From Rhodobacter sp. (GTDB lineage Bacteria; Pseudomonadota; Alphaproteobacteria; Rhodobacterales; Rhodobacteraceae), in NCBI GenBank assembly GCA_020250175.1, contig JADCEN010000001.1:10996-74995 (forward strand): 64,000 bases of DNA, in the 5' to 3' direction. A program made the position numbers and the translations under genes. Of this stretch, positions 28,507 through 37,487 are shown piece after piece. The notes under the pieces are model-generated. The model saw only the letters and a program-made list of their open reading frames with translations. It ran no database searches and was not told where the DNA came from. Position 1 is the first letter of the stretch. Each line of letters opens with the position of its first letter.

Positions 28507-29124
28507 TCACGCCCCCGTTGCATGAATGGCCGCAATCTCGGCTGCGGTGCGCGGCCGCCAGCGGGGGTTTTCCACGGTCCTCCAGCCGTCACCATCCGCA
28601 ACGACGCGCACACGCATGCCGTTCGACCGCGCGATGATCCCGTACTCCTGCCCGGAATCTGCCGGGTACACGAAGGTCATGACCAGCGGCGCTGTTCCGG
28701 TGTTCACCGACCGGTGAATCCAGCAGGGCGGCACATAGATGGTTGCTCCGGGTGTCACCTCCAGGGTGGCGATCTGCCCATCGGGGCTTTCCAACACCAT
28801 GACGCCGCGCCCAAGCTCGCCGCGATAGGTCTCGGGGCGATTGGCGACGGCATGGATATGGCCGCGGGTCATGAAAAACTCGTCCCCGATCCGACCGGGC
28901 AGCATATGCGTGACCCCAAAGCAGATATCGCCGCTTGCACCGCTGGGACGGAAATCCTCGACCGAGTAGACAACCCGGTCGCCCGCCCCCAGCGCCGCCT
29001 GAAAAGCCGCCGCGTCGGCATAAAGCCCGACCAGATCGGACAACCGCTTTTCATAGCGGTTGGTGCTTGCGGACAGGGTGCCGTCCTGTGGCGAAAGGTG
29101 ATGGACCGACGGGGTGACAAGCAT
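28507..29124 (-). CDS. Cupin-type phosphoglucose-isomerase family protein
   Basis: TRGHIH...ETY and VPPCWIHRSVNTG match the cupin-PGI metal-binding motifs (TxGHxH, PPxxxHRxxN). 205 aa. First gene of the operon. Confidence 0.8.
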   Translation of the reverse strand: MLVTPSVHHLSPQDGTLSASTNRYEKRLSDLVGLYADAAAFQAALGAGDRVVYSVEDFRPSGASGDICFGVTHMLPGRIGDEFFMTRGHIHAVANRPETYRGELGRGVMVLESPDGQIATLEVTPGATIYVPPCWIHRSVNTGTAPLVMTFVYPADSGQEYGIIARSNGMRVRVVADGDGWRTVENPRWRPRTAAEIAAIHATGA

Positions 29125-29144
29125 GGGATTGCTCCGCAGAATTT

Positions 29145-29159
29145 TGTAGTCAAACTACA
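29145..29159. promoter_or_regulatory. Perfect palindrome TGTAGT-CAA-ACTACA (candidate RpiR/HexR operator)
   Basis: Lies 21 nt upstream of the cupin-PGI start in the 209-bp divergent spacer. A second copy is at 29259-29273. Confidence 0.45.
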
Positions 29160-29258
29160 CAAATGATCGAACAGTTCAACCGCATTGCGCCCCGATTGCC
29201 AAAGCTGGCAACATTCCTACAGAAGACAGACAGCATTTCTGACGCATCTCCTGGTATC

Positions 29259-29273
29259 GGTAGTTTCACTACA
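29259..29273. promoter_or_regulatory. Second operator-like palindrome GGTAGT-TTC-ACTACA
   Basis: One mismatch relative to the first site. Lies 61 nt upstream of the ABC permease start at 29334. Confidence 0.4.
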
Positions 29274-29333
29274 TTTCCGATTGCTTTGTCAGACGACTCG
29301 GGCCAGTATCCTGTGGCATGGTGGGGGCACTGG

Positions 29334-30221
29334 ATGACGGCGTCGGCGGAACGGCAGGACGGGATAAAGCACCTGTTCATCTGGCCGGCCTTCCTGATTG
29401 TTCTGGTCATCTCGCTGTTTCCGCTGATCTACGCCTTGACCGTCAGCTTTCAGACCGTCCGTATCGTGCCGCCGACGCCGCCGCGCTTTGTCGGGCTGGA
29501 CAACTATGCGCAGATCGCCTCGTCAGCGCGGTTCTGGGGCGCGATCGGCACGACGGCGCTGATCACCTTCCTGTCGGTTGCCGCGCAATATGTGCTGGGC
29601 TTCCTGCTTGCCCTTGCGCTGCACCACAACGTGCCCGGCGCATCGCTTTACCGTGTGACGTTCCTTTTGCCGATGTTCCTGGCCCCGGTGGGCGTGGCGC
29701 TGATTGCGCGGATGGTGTTCCACCCGTACCTTGGCCCGGTGAACGACGCGATGGCGGGCCTCGGCTTTGCCTATGTGCCGTTCCTGACCGAAAAGTGGCC
29801 CGCGATCATGGTCCTTGCTGTCATCGACACCTGGCAATGGACGCCCTTTGTCACCCTGCTGATGCTGGCCGGGCTTCAGGGGCTGCCGCAAGAGGTGTTC
29901 GAAGCCGCGCGCGTTGACAACATCGGCGCGTGGCGGCGGTTCTGGGGCATCACTTTCCCGATGCTGCTGCCGCTGTCTGTGGCGGTGATCTTCATCCGCC
30001 TGATCGAGGGCTTCAAGATCATTGACACCGTCTTTGTCCTGACGGGGGGCGGCCCCGGCACGGCAACCGAGACGCTGACGCTGTTCGCCTATAACGAGGG
30101 GTTCAAGAAGTTCAACCTTGGCCTGACTTCGGCCCTGTCCTTTCTGTTCCTGATCGTTGTCATCGTCTTCGCAACGGTCTACCTTGCCGCCGCGCAGCGC
30201 CTGACGCGGAGATATGCGTGA
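29334..30221 (+). CDS. Carbohydrate ABC transporter permease (CUT1, MalF-like)
   Basis: Six-TM pattern with EAA loop EVFEAARVDNIG. ATG at 29334. Confidence 0.85.
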   Translation: MTASAERQDGIKHLFIWPAFLIVLVISLFPLIYALTVSFQTVRIVPPTPPRFVGLDNYAQIASSARFWGAIGTTALITFLSVAAQYVLGFLLALALHHNVPGASLYRVTFLLPMFLAPVGVALIARMVFHPYLGPVNDAMAGLGFAYVPFLTEKWPAIMVLAVIDTWQWTPFVTLLMLAGLQGLPQEVFEAARVDNIGAWRRFWGITFPMLLPLSVAVIFIRLIEGFKIIDTVFVLTGGGPGTATETLTLFAYNEGFKKFNLGLTSALSFLFLIVVIVFATVYLAAAQRLTRRYA

Positions 30222-31237
30222 TAGAGAACCCGGGCCTTCGCCGGATAGGGCTGCTGCTTTGCCTTGTCTGGCTGTTCTTTGCGGCCTTCCCGCTTTACTG
30301 GGTGCTGGTCACGGCCTTCAAGCCGCCGCTCGCGGTGTCGCAGGGACCGACCTATATTCCCTTCGTCGACTTCCAGCCAACGATGCAGGCCTTCCGCGAT
30401 GCCTTTGCCGGCCTGCGCGGGGATTTCATCGGACCCATCGTCAGCTCCATCCTTGTGTCGGTCACGGCGACGGTCCTGTCCGTTTTCCTGGGAACGATGG
30501 CGGCCTATGCCCTTGTGCGCTTCACCTTCCGCATTCGCCTGCTGGCCGGGGTCGCCTTTGCGGTCATGTCCATCGGCGGTTTCATCCTGCTTGACAGCCT
30601 GACTGGCCTGCGCGTGCCCCATGCCCTGCTGATTGTCCTTTTCACAGCCCTTCCCGTGGCGGTCTGGCTGAACGGCCGCGCCCTTCCCGGGCCGATCCTG
30701 GGCAATGACGACGTGACCTTCTGGTTCGTGTCGCAGCGCATCTTTCCGCCCATCGTCTCGGCCTTCGCGATCTACCTGCTTTATGCCGAGATGGGCAAGA
30801 TCGGCCTGCCGCTGCTTGACACCTTCGGCGGGATGGTCATCGTCTATACGGCCTTCGGCCTGCCCTTCGCGGTCTGGCTGATGCGCGATTTCCTGACCAC
30901 CGTCCCGCTTGAGGTGGAAGAGGCCGCGATGGTTGACAACATCGGACGCATGCGCATCTTCTTGCAGATCGTGCTGCCCATGGCGACGCCGGGCCTGATT
31001 GCGACGTCCATGATCGTGCTTGCCTTTGTGTGGAACGAATTTCTTTTCGCGCTCCTGTTGACCACCGGCGACTGGCAGACGCTGCCGATCCTTCTGGCAG
31101 GCCAGAACAGCAGCCGGGGGGACGAATGGTGGGCGATCTCAGTCGCCGCTCTCATCTCCATCGGCCCGATGGTGGTGGTGGCGGCGATCCTTGGCCGGAT
31201 GATGCGGTCCGGCCTTCTGTCCGGCTCAATCAAGTGA
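30218..31237 (+). CDS. Carbohydrate ABC transporter permease (CUT1, MalG-like, with an extra hydrophobic insert)
   Basis: EAA loop EVEEAAMVDNIG. 339 aa. The GTG start overlaps the previous TGA. Confidence 0.8.
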   Translation: MIENPGLRRIGLLLCLVWLFFAAFPLYWVLVTAFKPPLAVSQGPTYIPFVDFQPTMQAFRDAFAGLRGDFIGPIVSSILVSVTATVLSVFLGTMAAYALVRFTFRIRLLAGVAFAVMSIGGFILLDSLTGLRVPHALLIVLFTALPVAVWLNGRALPGPILGNDDVTFWFVSQRIFPPIVSAFAIYLLYAEMGKIGLPLLDTFGGMVIVYTAFGLPFAVWLMRDFLTTVPLEVEEAAMVDNIGRMRIFLQIVLPMATPGLIATSMIVLAFVWNEFLFALLLTTGDWQTLPILLAGQNSSRGDEWWAISVAALISIGPMVVVAAILGRMMRSGLLSGSIK

Positions 31238-31257
31238 TCTTCATAAGGGAGGAAACA

Positions 31258-32697
31258 ATGAAGAAACTTCTGTTGACCGCTGCCCTGCTGCCCATCGGCG
31301 GCATGGCTGCGGCCCAGTGTGCGCCCGATTTCACGGGCGTCACGCTGAACGTCTCAACCCAGAACGGACCGGCCATCGCCTCGGCCCTGTCCGCCGCGGC
31401 CGAAGTCTGGGAGGCAAAGACCTGCGGCACCGTCAATGTGATCGAATTCCCCTTCGGTGAGCTCTATCCGAAATTCCTGACGGCCATGTCGCAGGGCACG
31501 GGCGATTTCGACGTGATCGGTTTTGTTCCGGCATGGTTGCCCGACTTCTCGCCCTTCCTGTCCACAATGCCCGCCGCGCTTCAGGAAGGCTCCAACTGGG
31601 ACGACATCCATCCGACCTACCGCGAGCGCCTGATGGTCTGGGACGGCGAGGTGAAGTCGGCCACGATGGATGGCGACATGCACATGCTGAACCTGCGTGC
31701 CGACCTTCTGGAAAACCCCGACGAACAGAAGGCCTTTGAAGCGAAATATGGCTACCCGCTTGCTGCGCCGGTGACCTGGGCGCAGTACCGCGATCAGGCG
31801 GAATTCTTCAACCGTCCCGATCAGGGCATGTATGGCACTGCCGAGGCCTATCGCCGGGGGGGCCAGCAGTTCTGGTATTTCTTCAGCCACGCCGCAAGCT
31901 ACACCAACAACCCCAACAACCCCGGGTCGATGTTCTTCGATCCCGAAACGATGGACGCCCAGATCAACAACCCCGGCTGGCTGCGCGCGCTGGAAGAATA
32001 CAAGGACGTCCTTCAGTTCAACCCGCCGGGTGCCTTGAACAACGGGTCGGGTGACGTGCGTCCGCTTTATGCCGGCGGAACCGTGGCGATGAACCTGGAC
32101 TGGGCGGATTCCGGCGTGCTCGGCTCTACCGAAGGGGTGATCGACGGGTATGTGCGCACCGCCATGCTGCCCGGCTCGACCGAGATCTGGAACCACAAGT
32201 CCAAGGCATGGGACACCTTCCCGGAGGTCATCCACTCGCCCTTCCTGGCCTTTGGCGGCTGGCAGCTTGGTGTGCCGGCAGACAGCAAGAACCAGGAAGC
32301 GGCATGGGATTTCGTGGCGACCGTCATCAGCCCCGAGGTTTCGGGCAGGGCGATCGTGACGGCAAACTCGGGCGTGAACCCCTACCGCTTCAGCCACTAC
32401 GACAATCTCGATGCCTGGTCTTCGATCTTCTCGGCGGAAGAGGCCGCGTCCTATCTGGGCGCGCAGCGCGCCTCGCTGGATGCGCCGAACGTCGCCCTCG
32501 ACCTGCGCCTGCCCGGCTTCTTCTCTTACACCGAAGTGCTGGAGATCGAGCTTTCCAAGGCGCTGGCGGGTGAGGTGGAACCCCAGGCGGCATTGGACGC
32601 CATCGCGGCGGAATGGAACCGTCTGACGGACGAGTTCGGCCGGGACACCCAGCTTGCGGCCTACCGCGCCTCGGTCGGCCTGCCGCCGCTGAAGTAA
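31258..32697 (+). CDS. Extracellular solute-binding protein (family 1, CUT1)
   Basis: Signal peptide MKKLLLTAALLPIGGMAAAQ. 479 aa. GGGAGG Shine-Dalgarno sequence. Confidence 0.85.
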   Translation: MKKLLLTAALLPIGGMAAAQCAPDFTGVTLNVSTQNGPAIASALSAAAEVWEAKTCGTVNVIEFPFGELYPKFLTAMSQGTGDFDVIGFVPAWLPDFSPFLSTMPAALQEGSNWDDIHPTYRERLMVWDGEVKSATMDGDMHMLNLRADLLENPDEQKAFEAKYGYPLAAPVTWAQYRDQAEFFNRPDQGMYGTAEAYRRGGQQFWYFFSHAASYTNNPNNPGSMFFDPETMDAQINNPGWLRALEEYKDVLQFNPPGALNNGSGDVRPLYAGGTVAMNLDWADSGVLGSTEGVIDGYVRTAMLPGSTEIWNHKSKAWDTFPEVIHSPFLAFGGWQLGVPADSKNQEAAWDFVATVISPEVSGRAIVTANSGVNPYRFSHYDNLDAWSSIFSAEEAASYLGAQRASLDAPNVALDLRLPGFFSYTEVLEIELSKALAGEVEPQAALDAIAAEWNRLTDEFGRDTQLAAYRASVGLPPLK

Positions 32698-32738
32698 GGC
32701 CGCGCCCGACACCGGGTCTTCCGGCACAGCGACGCCGC

Positions 32739-32770
32739 GCCCCCGGATCCAACCGGGGGCCGGTTTTTTT
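32739..32770 (+). terminator. Rho-independent terminator/attenuator after the SBP gene
   Basis: GCCCCCGG (32739-32746) pairs with CCGGGGGC (32753-32760), followed by CGGTTTTTTT. Confidence 0.6.
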
Positions 32771-32786
32771 CCAAGGAAACCGGCCG

Positions 32787-33848
32787 ATGTCCCACGTCGA
32801 ACTTGACGCGATCACGAAGTCATTCGGGGCCGTCAGTGTTCTGCCGCCCCTGTCGCTGTCCGTCGGGAAGGGCGAGTTTGTCGTTCTTGTCGGTCCGTCG
32901 GGCTGCGGCAAGACCACGACGCTGCGCATCCTGGCCGGGCTGGAAACGGCAACCTCGGGACAGGTGCGCATCAATGGCCGCGATGTGACGGCTGTGCGAC
33001 CGGGCGAGCGCAACATCGCCATGGTGTTTCAGAACTACGCCCTTTACCCGCACATGACGGTGCGCGGGAACATCGGCTATGCGATGAAGGTGCACGGTGT
33101 TTCCCGCGCCGAAATCGATGCCCGCGTGGACGAGGCGGCAAAGCTTCTTGCCCTTGATCCCTATATGGACCGCAAGCCGAAGAACCTGTCCGGCGGCCAG
33201 CGTCAGCGCGTTGCCATCGGCCGCGCGCTGGTGCGCCAGCCGGAAGTCTTCCTGTTCGACGAACCGCTTTCCAACCTGGATGCCAAACTGCGGGTCGAGA
33301 TGCGCACCGAGATCAAGCTTCTCCAGCGCCGCCTTGGCACAACCGCCGTCTATGTCACCCATGATCAGGTCGAAGCGATGACGATGGCGGATCGCGTGGT
33401 GGTCATGCGCAATGGCCGTATCGAACAGGCGGCAGACCCGATCACCCTTTATGAACAACCCGCGAACCGCTTTGTCGCGAACTTCATCGGCTCGCCCGCC
33501 ATGAACTTCTTCGAGGTACGGATCGAAAGTGGCGCGATCCTTCTTGGCTTGCAACGCTTGCCCCTGGTCGCGGCGGATGCCCGCCGCCTTTCGCACCGCC
33601 AGACGGTCATCTTCGGCATTCGCCCCGAACACATGCGCCATTCCTCGCACGAGGCCCGGCTCACCCTCTGGCCCGAGGCGATCGAACCGCTCGGGGCACA
33701 TACGCTCCTCCTCGGGCGGGCCGACGGGCAGAAGATCACTGCACAGGTCGACCCCCGCTTTCCCGCCAGTGTCGGACAGCCGTCCACCGTCACCGTTGAC
33801 ATGACCCAGGCCCATTTCTTTGATCCCGAAACCGAAGCCCGGCTGTGA
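32787..33848 (+). CDS. ABC transporter ATP-binding protein (MalK/UgpC type)
   Basis: Walker A GPSGCGKTT, signature LSGGQRQR, Walker B FLFDEP, and a C-terminal TOBE-like domain. Confidence 0.9.
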   Translation: MSHVELDAITKSFGAVSVLPPLSLSVGKGEFVVLVGPSGCGKTTTLRILAGLETATSGQVRINGRDVTAVRPGERNIAMVFQNYALYPHMTVRGNIGYAMKVHGVSRAEIDARVDEAAKLLALDPYMDRKPKNLSGGQRQRVAIGRALVRQPEVFLFDEPLSNLDAKLRVEMRTEIKLLQRRLGTTAVYVTHDQVEAMTMADRVVVMRNGRIEQAADPITLYEQPANRFVANFIGSPAMNFFEVRIESGAILLGLQRLPLVAADARRLSHRQTVIFGIRPEHMRHSSHEARLTLWPEAIEPLGAHTLLLGRADGQKITAQVDPRFPASVGQPSTVTVDMTQAHFFDPETEARL

Positions 33849-35344
33849 CACGCGATCTTTTCCTTGCCATTGATGTCGGGACGGGAAGCTGCCGCGCCGC
33901 GCTGGTTGATGCCGAAGGGCGCATCCACGCCATCGCCCACCGCGAACATGAACAGATCGTGCCCCGCCATGGCTGGTCAGAACAGCGCCCCGCCGACTGG
34001 TGGGAGGGAACCGTGCAAAGCATCCGCGCCGTTCTGGCGCGTGTCACCGACGCAGCCGCCCGCACCGCCGCGATCTGCGCCTGCGGCCAGATGCACGGCG
34101 CGGTGCTTGTGGATTCAAGCGGTCGGCTTACCCGCGATACCGCCCCCCTGTGGAACGACAAGCGCAGCGTCCCGCAGGTGAAGGCTTTCGCCGAAAGCGT
34201 CCATCTTGCGCAGGCGGTCCAGCTCACCGGCAACGCCCCCACACCGGCCTGGCCCGCCTTCAAGCTGGCCTGGCTGATGGAACAGGATGCGTCTGCCGTC
34301 GAACGCGCCGCGCATATCCTGATGCCGAAGGACTGGATAAACCTGAACCTCACGGGCATTGCGGCGCAGGATGTAACCGAAGCATCGCTCAGTTTCCTGA
34401 TGGACCGGCACAGCCGGGACTGGTCGCCACGGATGGTGGACATGACGGGAATTCCGGGGCGGCTGCTTCCGCGCCTCCGGCAGCCATCGGAGATCCTCGG
34501 CCCCCTTATCGGGGCCGCCGCACAGATGCTCGGCCTTCCTGCAGGGGTCCCGGTGCTTGCAGGGGCGGGGGATTATCCGATGGCGCTTCTCGGGTCAGGC
34601 GCGCTTGCCCCGGGGACGGGATCGGATGTGACGGGCACATCAACCATCGTCACGCTGATCCAGCCCGAACCGGTGATTGCAGAGGGTGTCTCGAACGTTC
34701 TTTCTGCGGCGGGCGCATGGGGCAGCTTCACCCTGCTCGACGCCGGGGGCGACGCGGTTCGCTGGGCACGCCGCGCGTTCCACGACAATGCGCTGTCCTT
34801 TGCCGATGTGGATGCCGCCGCCTCACGGTCGGTGCCGGGTGCCAACGCGCTTTTCTTCCTTCCCTACCTGTCTGGCGAACGCTTTGGCGCGCATCGCAAC
34901 TCGCGCGCGCATTTCATCGGGCTGACGGCAGGGCACGGCCTGCCCGACCTGCACCGCGCCGTTCTGGAAGGCGTTGCTTTCTCGGTCCGGCGGGAACTTG
35001 ATCGCCTGCAGGGCGGACACGGACGCCCCGCGCGCATCATCGCCGCCAGCGGGGGTGCCAAATCACGGCTCTGGCTTGGCATCAAGGCCGCCATGTACCG
35101 CACGCCCTATGTGATCGCCGCCGAGGCCGAATGCGGCGTTATCGGCGCGGGGATTCTGATGGCGGTGGCAACTGGCGCTGCGCATGATCTTGCCGGGGCA
35201 ACGGCGCGGATGGTGCGGTTCACCGACGAAATCGAACCCGATCCTGCGGCCGCAGACCGGTATGACCGCATGATGCCCATCTATGCGGACGCATATCGCG
35301 CCATGCAGCCATTCTATGATCGGCTCGACAGCATCGCGGGCTGA
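33845..35344 (+). CDS. FGGY-family carbohydrate kinase (xylulokinase-like)
   Basis: LAIDVGTGSCRAAL...HGWSEQ...GAGDYPMA...GGAKS. 499 aa. GTGA overlap with the ATPase gene. Confidence 0.85.
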   Translation: MTRDLFLAIDVGTGSCRAALVDAEGRIHAIAHREHEQIVPRHGWSEQRPADWWEGTVQSIRAVLARVTDAAARTAAICACGQMHGAVLVDSSGRLTRDTAPLWNDKRSVPQVKAFAESVHLAQAVQLTGNAPTPAWPAFKLAWLMEQDASAVERAAHILMPKDWINLNLTGIAAQDVTEASLSFLMDRHSRDWSPRMVDMTGIPGRLLPRLRQPSEILGPLIGAAAQMLGLPAGVPVLAGAGDYPMALLGSGALAPGTGSDVTGTSTIVTLIQPEPVIAEGVSNVLSAAGAWGSFTLLDAGGDAVRWARRAFHDNALSFADVDAAASRSVPGANALFFLPYLSGERFGAHRNSRAHFIGLTAGHGLPDLHRAVLEGVAFSVRRELDRLQGGHGRPARIIAASGGAKSRLWLGIKAAMYRTPYVIAAEAECGVIGAGILMAVATGAAHDLAGATARMVRFTDEIEPDPAAADRYDRMMPIYADAYRAMQPFYDRLDSIAG

Positions 35345-36131
35345 TGCGCCTGCCGGTCGGTGGCATGGCCGGGGCAGGGGGTGGAGCGCGGCCGTCCGAC
35401 CGCTTGACAGGTGGCGCTTGCCCCCCGGTTGCAGTCATCGCAGCTATCGGCGTTCGCGCGGTCTGACCGGGCGGGAGGACGGATGTACCCGGTCAGGCGG
35501 TCGCCGAGCCGGACAAAAGCGGGTCCGCCCCCGCAATCGGTCTGTGGTCAGTCTTTGGAAACCGCGTCCGGTCCGTCGCACCGGGCCGGGCGCGACAGCA
35601 CTCTGACCGCTTGGGTTCGGTTTGGTAAGGGCCGTTCGGCATGAAGCCCGGCGGCTGCATTCCTGCGTTGCCTTCTGTCCCTGCCGCAGTGCCACGGGCG
35701 GCACCTTGGTTTCCGAAGCCAGTGCCAAGGCCCGGCATGCAGCCGGACCATCTGCCATTCTGCGCCACTGCGCGGACCATGCCTGCGGGAAGGCTGTTGC
35801 TGACCACAGGGCCAGGTTGTATCGGCCCTTGCCCCCTGTACGCCAGTGTCTCGCGGATAGTTGCGTTCGCAACCAAGGCAGGCCAACCGCGACTGCAGGG
35901 TGCCCCCCGGTGTAAAGCGGTCCATGCCCGACAAGATTGCGCTGCACGACTGTCGGCGGTCCTTTTCCGCCTATCGCTGAACCTGCCTGCGCGATGACGC
36001 AAGACAAAGTGGCGCGGACAGGCAAGGAAAGCGGCAAGGGCCGAAAATACGGGGGATGCCGGTCTTGCAGGCGGCGTCACGATGCACGAGGCCTGTGGTT
36101 TCGGCCTGACCGGTGAAAGCCGGGTGCACCC

Positions 36132-36404
36132 ATGCAGCCGGTTGCCATCATCGGGATCGACCCGGCAGACAGTATTTTCCGGTGTCATGGCGCGGCTGCG
36201 GGTGCAACCGGTTTGGTCCGCAAGAAGCGGTCATACCCGCAACTCCTGCGGTCCATCGTGGCGCATCCCCCCTTTACTGCGGCCAGGGCGAAATGGCCGG
36301 GCGCACGCCGTCCCACGCGCGGGGGAACCATGGCCCGGCATCCCGCGCAGATGATCCCGGCGCGGCGGGTGACGCCCCGCAGTTGCGGGTCGCACCGACC
36401 GGGC
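36132..36404 (+). mobile_element. IS110-family transposase N-terminal remnant (degenerate, truncated)
   Basis: VAIIGIDPADSIFRCHGAAAGATGLVRKKRSYPQLLRSIVAHPPF...RHPAQMIPARRVTP parallels IGIDLAK.VFQVHG.D..G.vv.rkkL.R.qll.f...lPP...GHeVrLiPPayVKP. The remainder of the gene is missing. Confidence 0.45.
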
Positions 36405-37454
36405 TCAGTAGGTCGTGAACCCGCCGTCGGTCGCATAAGTTGCGCCCGTCAGGTTGGACGACTCGTTCGACAGCAGGAACAGCATGACGGCCACCTGTTC
36501 CGCCGGGGTTGCATCGCGGCCATTCTGATCGGACCATTGCAGCAGGCTTTTGGTCTTCAGAAGGGCGATGCCGGGCGGTTTGCCGGTAAGGGCGGCGCGT
36601 TGCCGCAACAGGGTCATGGCGCGCTCGACCATCGGGGTTGCGGTATTTGCCATGCAGACCGAATTCACTCGGATGCCGTAAGGTGCATAGTCAATGGCCG
36701 CGTTCTTTGTCAGCCCGTTGACGGCATGTTTGCTGGCAACATAGGATGGCGTGCCCCCGAACCCGCGCAGCCCCGCGACCGAAGCCACGTTGACGATGGT
36801 GCCGCCGCGCTTTTGCGCCAGCATCTGGCGCAGTTCGCTGCGCATGCATTTGAAAACGCCGGTGACGTTCACCCGCATGACAACATCCCAGTAGGCATCG
36901 CTGGCCTCATCGATCCGGGCCATGGCCAGATCCTTCTGCGCGGCGTAGTCGATCGGCTCTGCGGGGAAGATCGCATCCATCACGCCCGCGTTGTTCAGCG
37001 CGCAGTCCAGCCCGCCAAAGCGGTCTGCCGCCGTCTTGACCATGGCATCGCACACCGCGTTTTCCGAGACATCGCCGAAAACGAATTCCGCCTTCCCGCC
37101 TTCGGCCACAACATCGGCGACCACCGCCGCACCTTCGTCCTGCAGCCAGTCCACGCCCACCACATTGGCCCCTTCGCGGGCCAGCCGCAGGGTTGCCATC
37201 CGCCCCATCCCGCGGGCACAGCCGGTGACGATCACCGTCTTGCCGGCAAAGCGGCCCGGAATGAAGTAGTCGTCGGGGATTGCCACGACATTGGTCAGAA
37301 ACGGATCCAGCGGGTCTGCGGGATCGCGCGGCGTGGCGAAGGCACCGGGCACGGCGGACACCGTTTGCGCCCGGTCCTCCGGCGCGGCGGCGGTTGCCGC
37401 CACGCTTCCGGCGGCGGCAAGGCCCAAGGTCCTGAGGGCATCACGTCTGTCCAT
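36405..37454 (-). CDS. Short-chain dehydrogenase/reductase with a twin-arginine (Tat) signal peptide
   Basis: MDRRDALRTLGLAAAGSVAATAAAP, then a ~55-aa arm, then TGCARGMG, NNAG and S...YxxxK (SYVASKHAV). Confidence 0.85.
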   Translation of the reverse strand: MDRRDALRTLGLAAAGSVAATAAAPEDRAQTVSAVPGAFATPRDPADPLDPFLTNVVAIPDDYFIPGRFAGKTVIVTGCARGMGRMATLRLAREGANVVGVDWLQDEGAAVVADVVAEGGKAEFVFGDVSENAVCDAMVKTAADRFGGLDCALNNAGVMDAIFPAEPIDYAAQKDLAMARIDEASDAYWDVVMRVNVTGVFKCMRSELRQMLAQKRGGTIVNVASVAGLRGFGGTPSYVASKHAVNGLTKNAAIDYAPYGIRVNSVCMANTATPMVERAMTLLRQRAALTGKPPGIALLKTKSLLQWSDQNGRDATPAEQVAVMLFLLSNESSNLTGATYATDGGFTTY

Positions 37455-37487
37455 CGTCAAGGTTCCTTGTGTGGGTCGATTGCGGGA

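Noticed and set aside
35764-35794. GCCACTG...GGGAAGGC, reminiscent of the 3' half of a cobalamin riboswitch.
   Set aside because: The upstream conserved elements (GGTG..AA..CC, CCCGC.ACTGT) and a proper B12 box (AGCCAGGAGACCTGCC) are absent. No gene lies downstream on that strand. A covariance-model scan would settle it.
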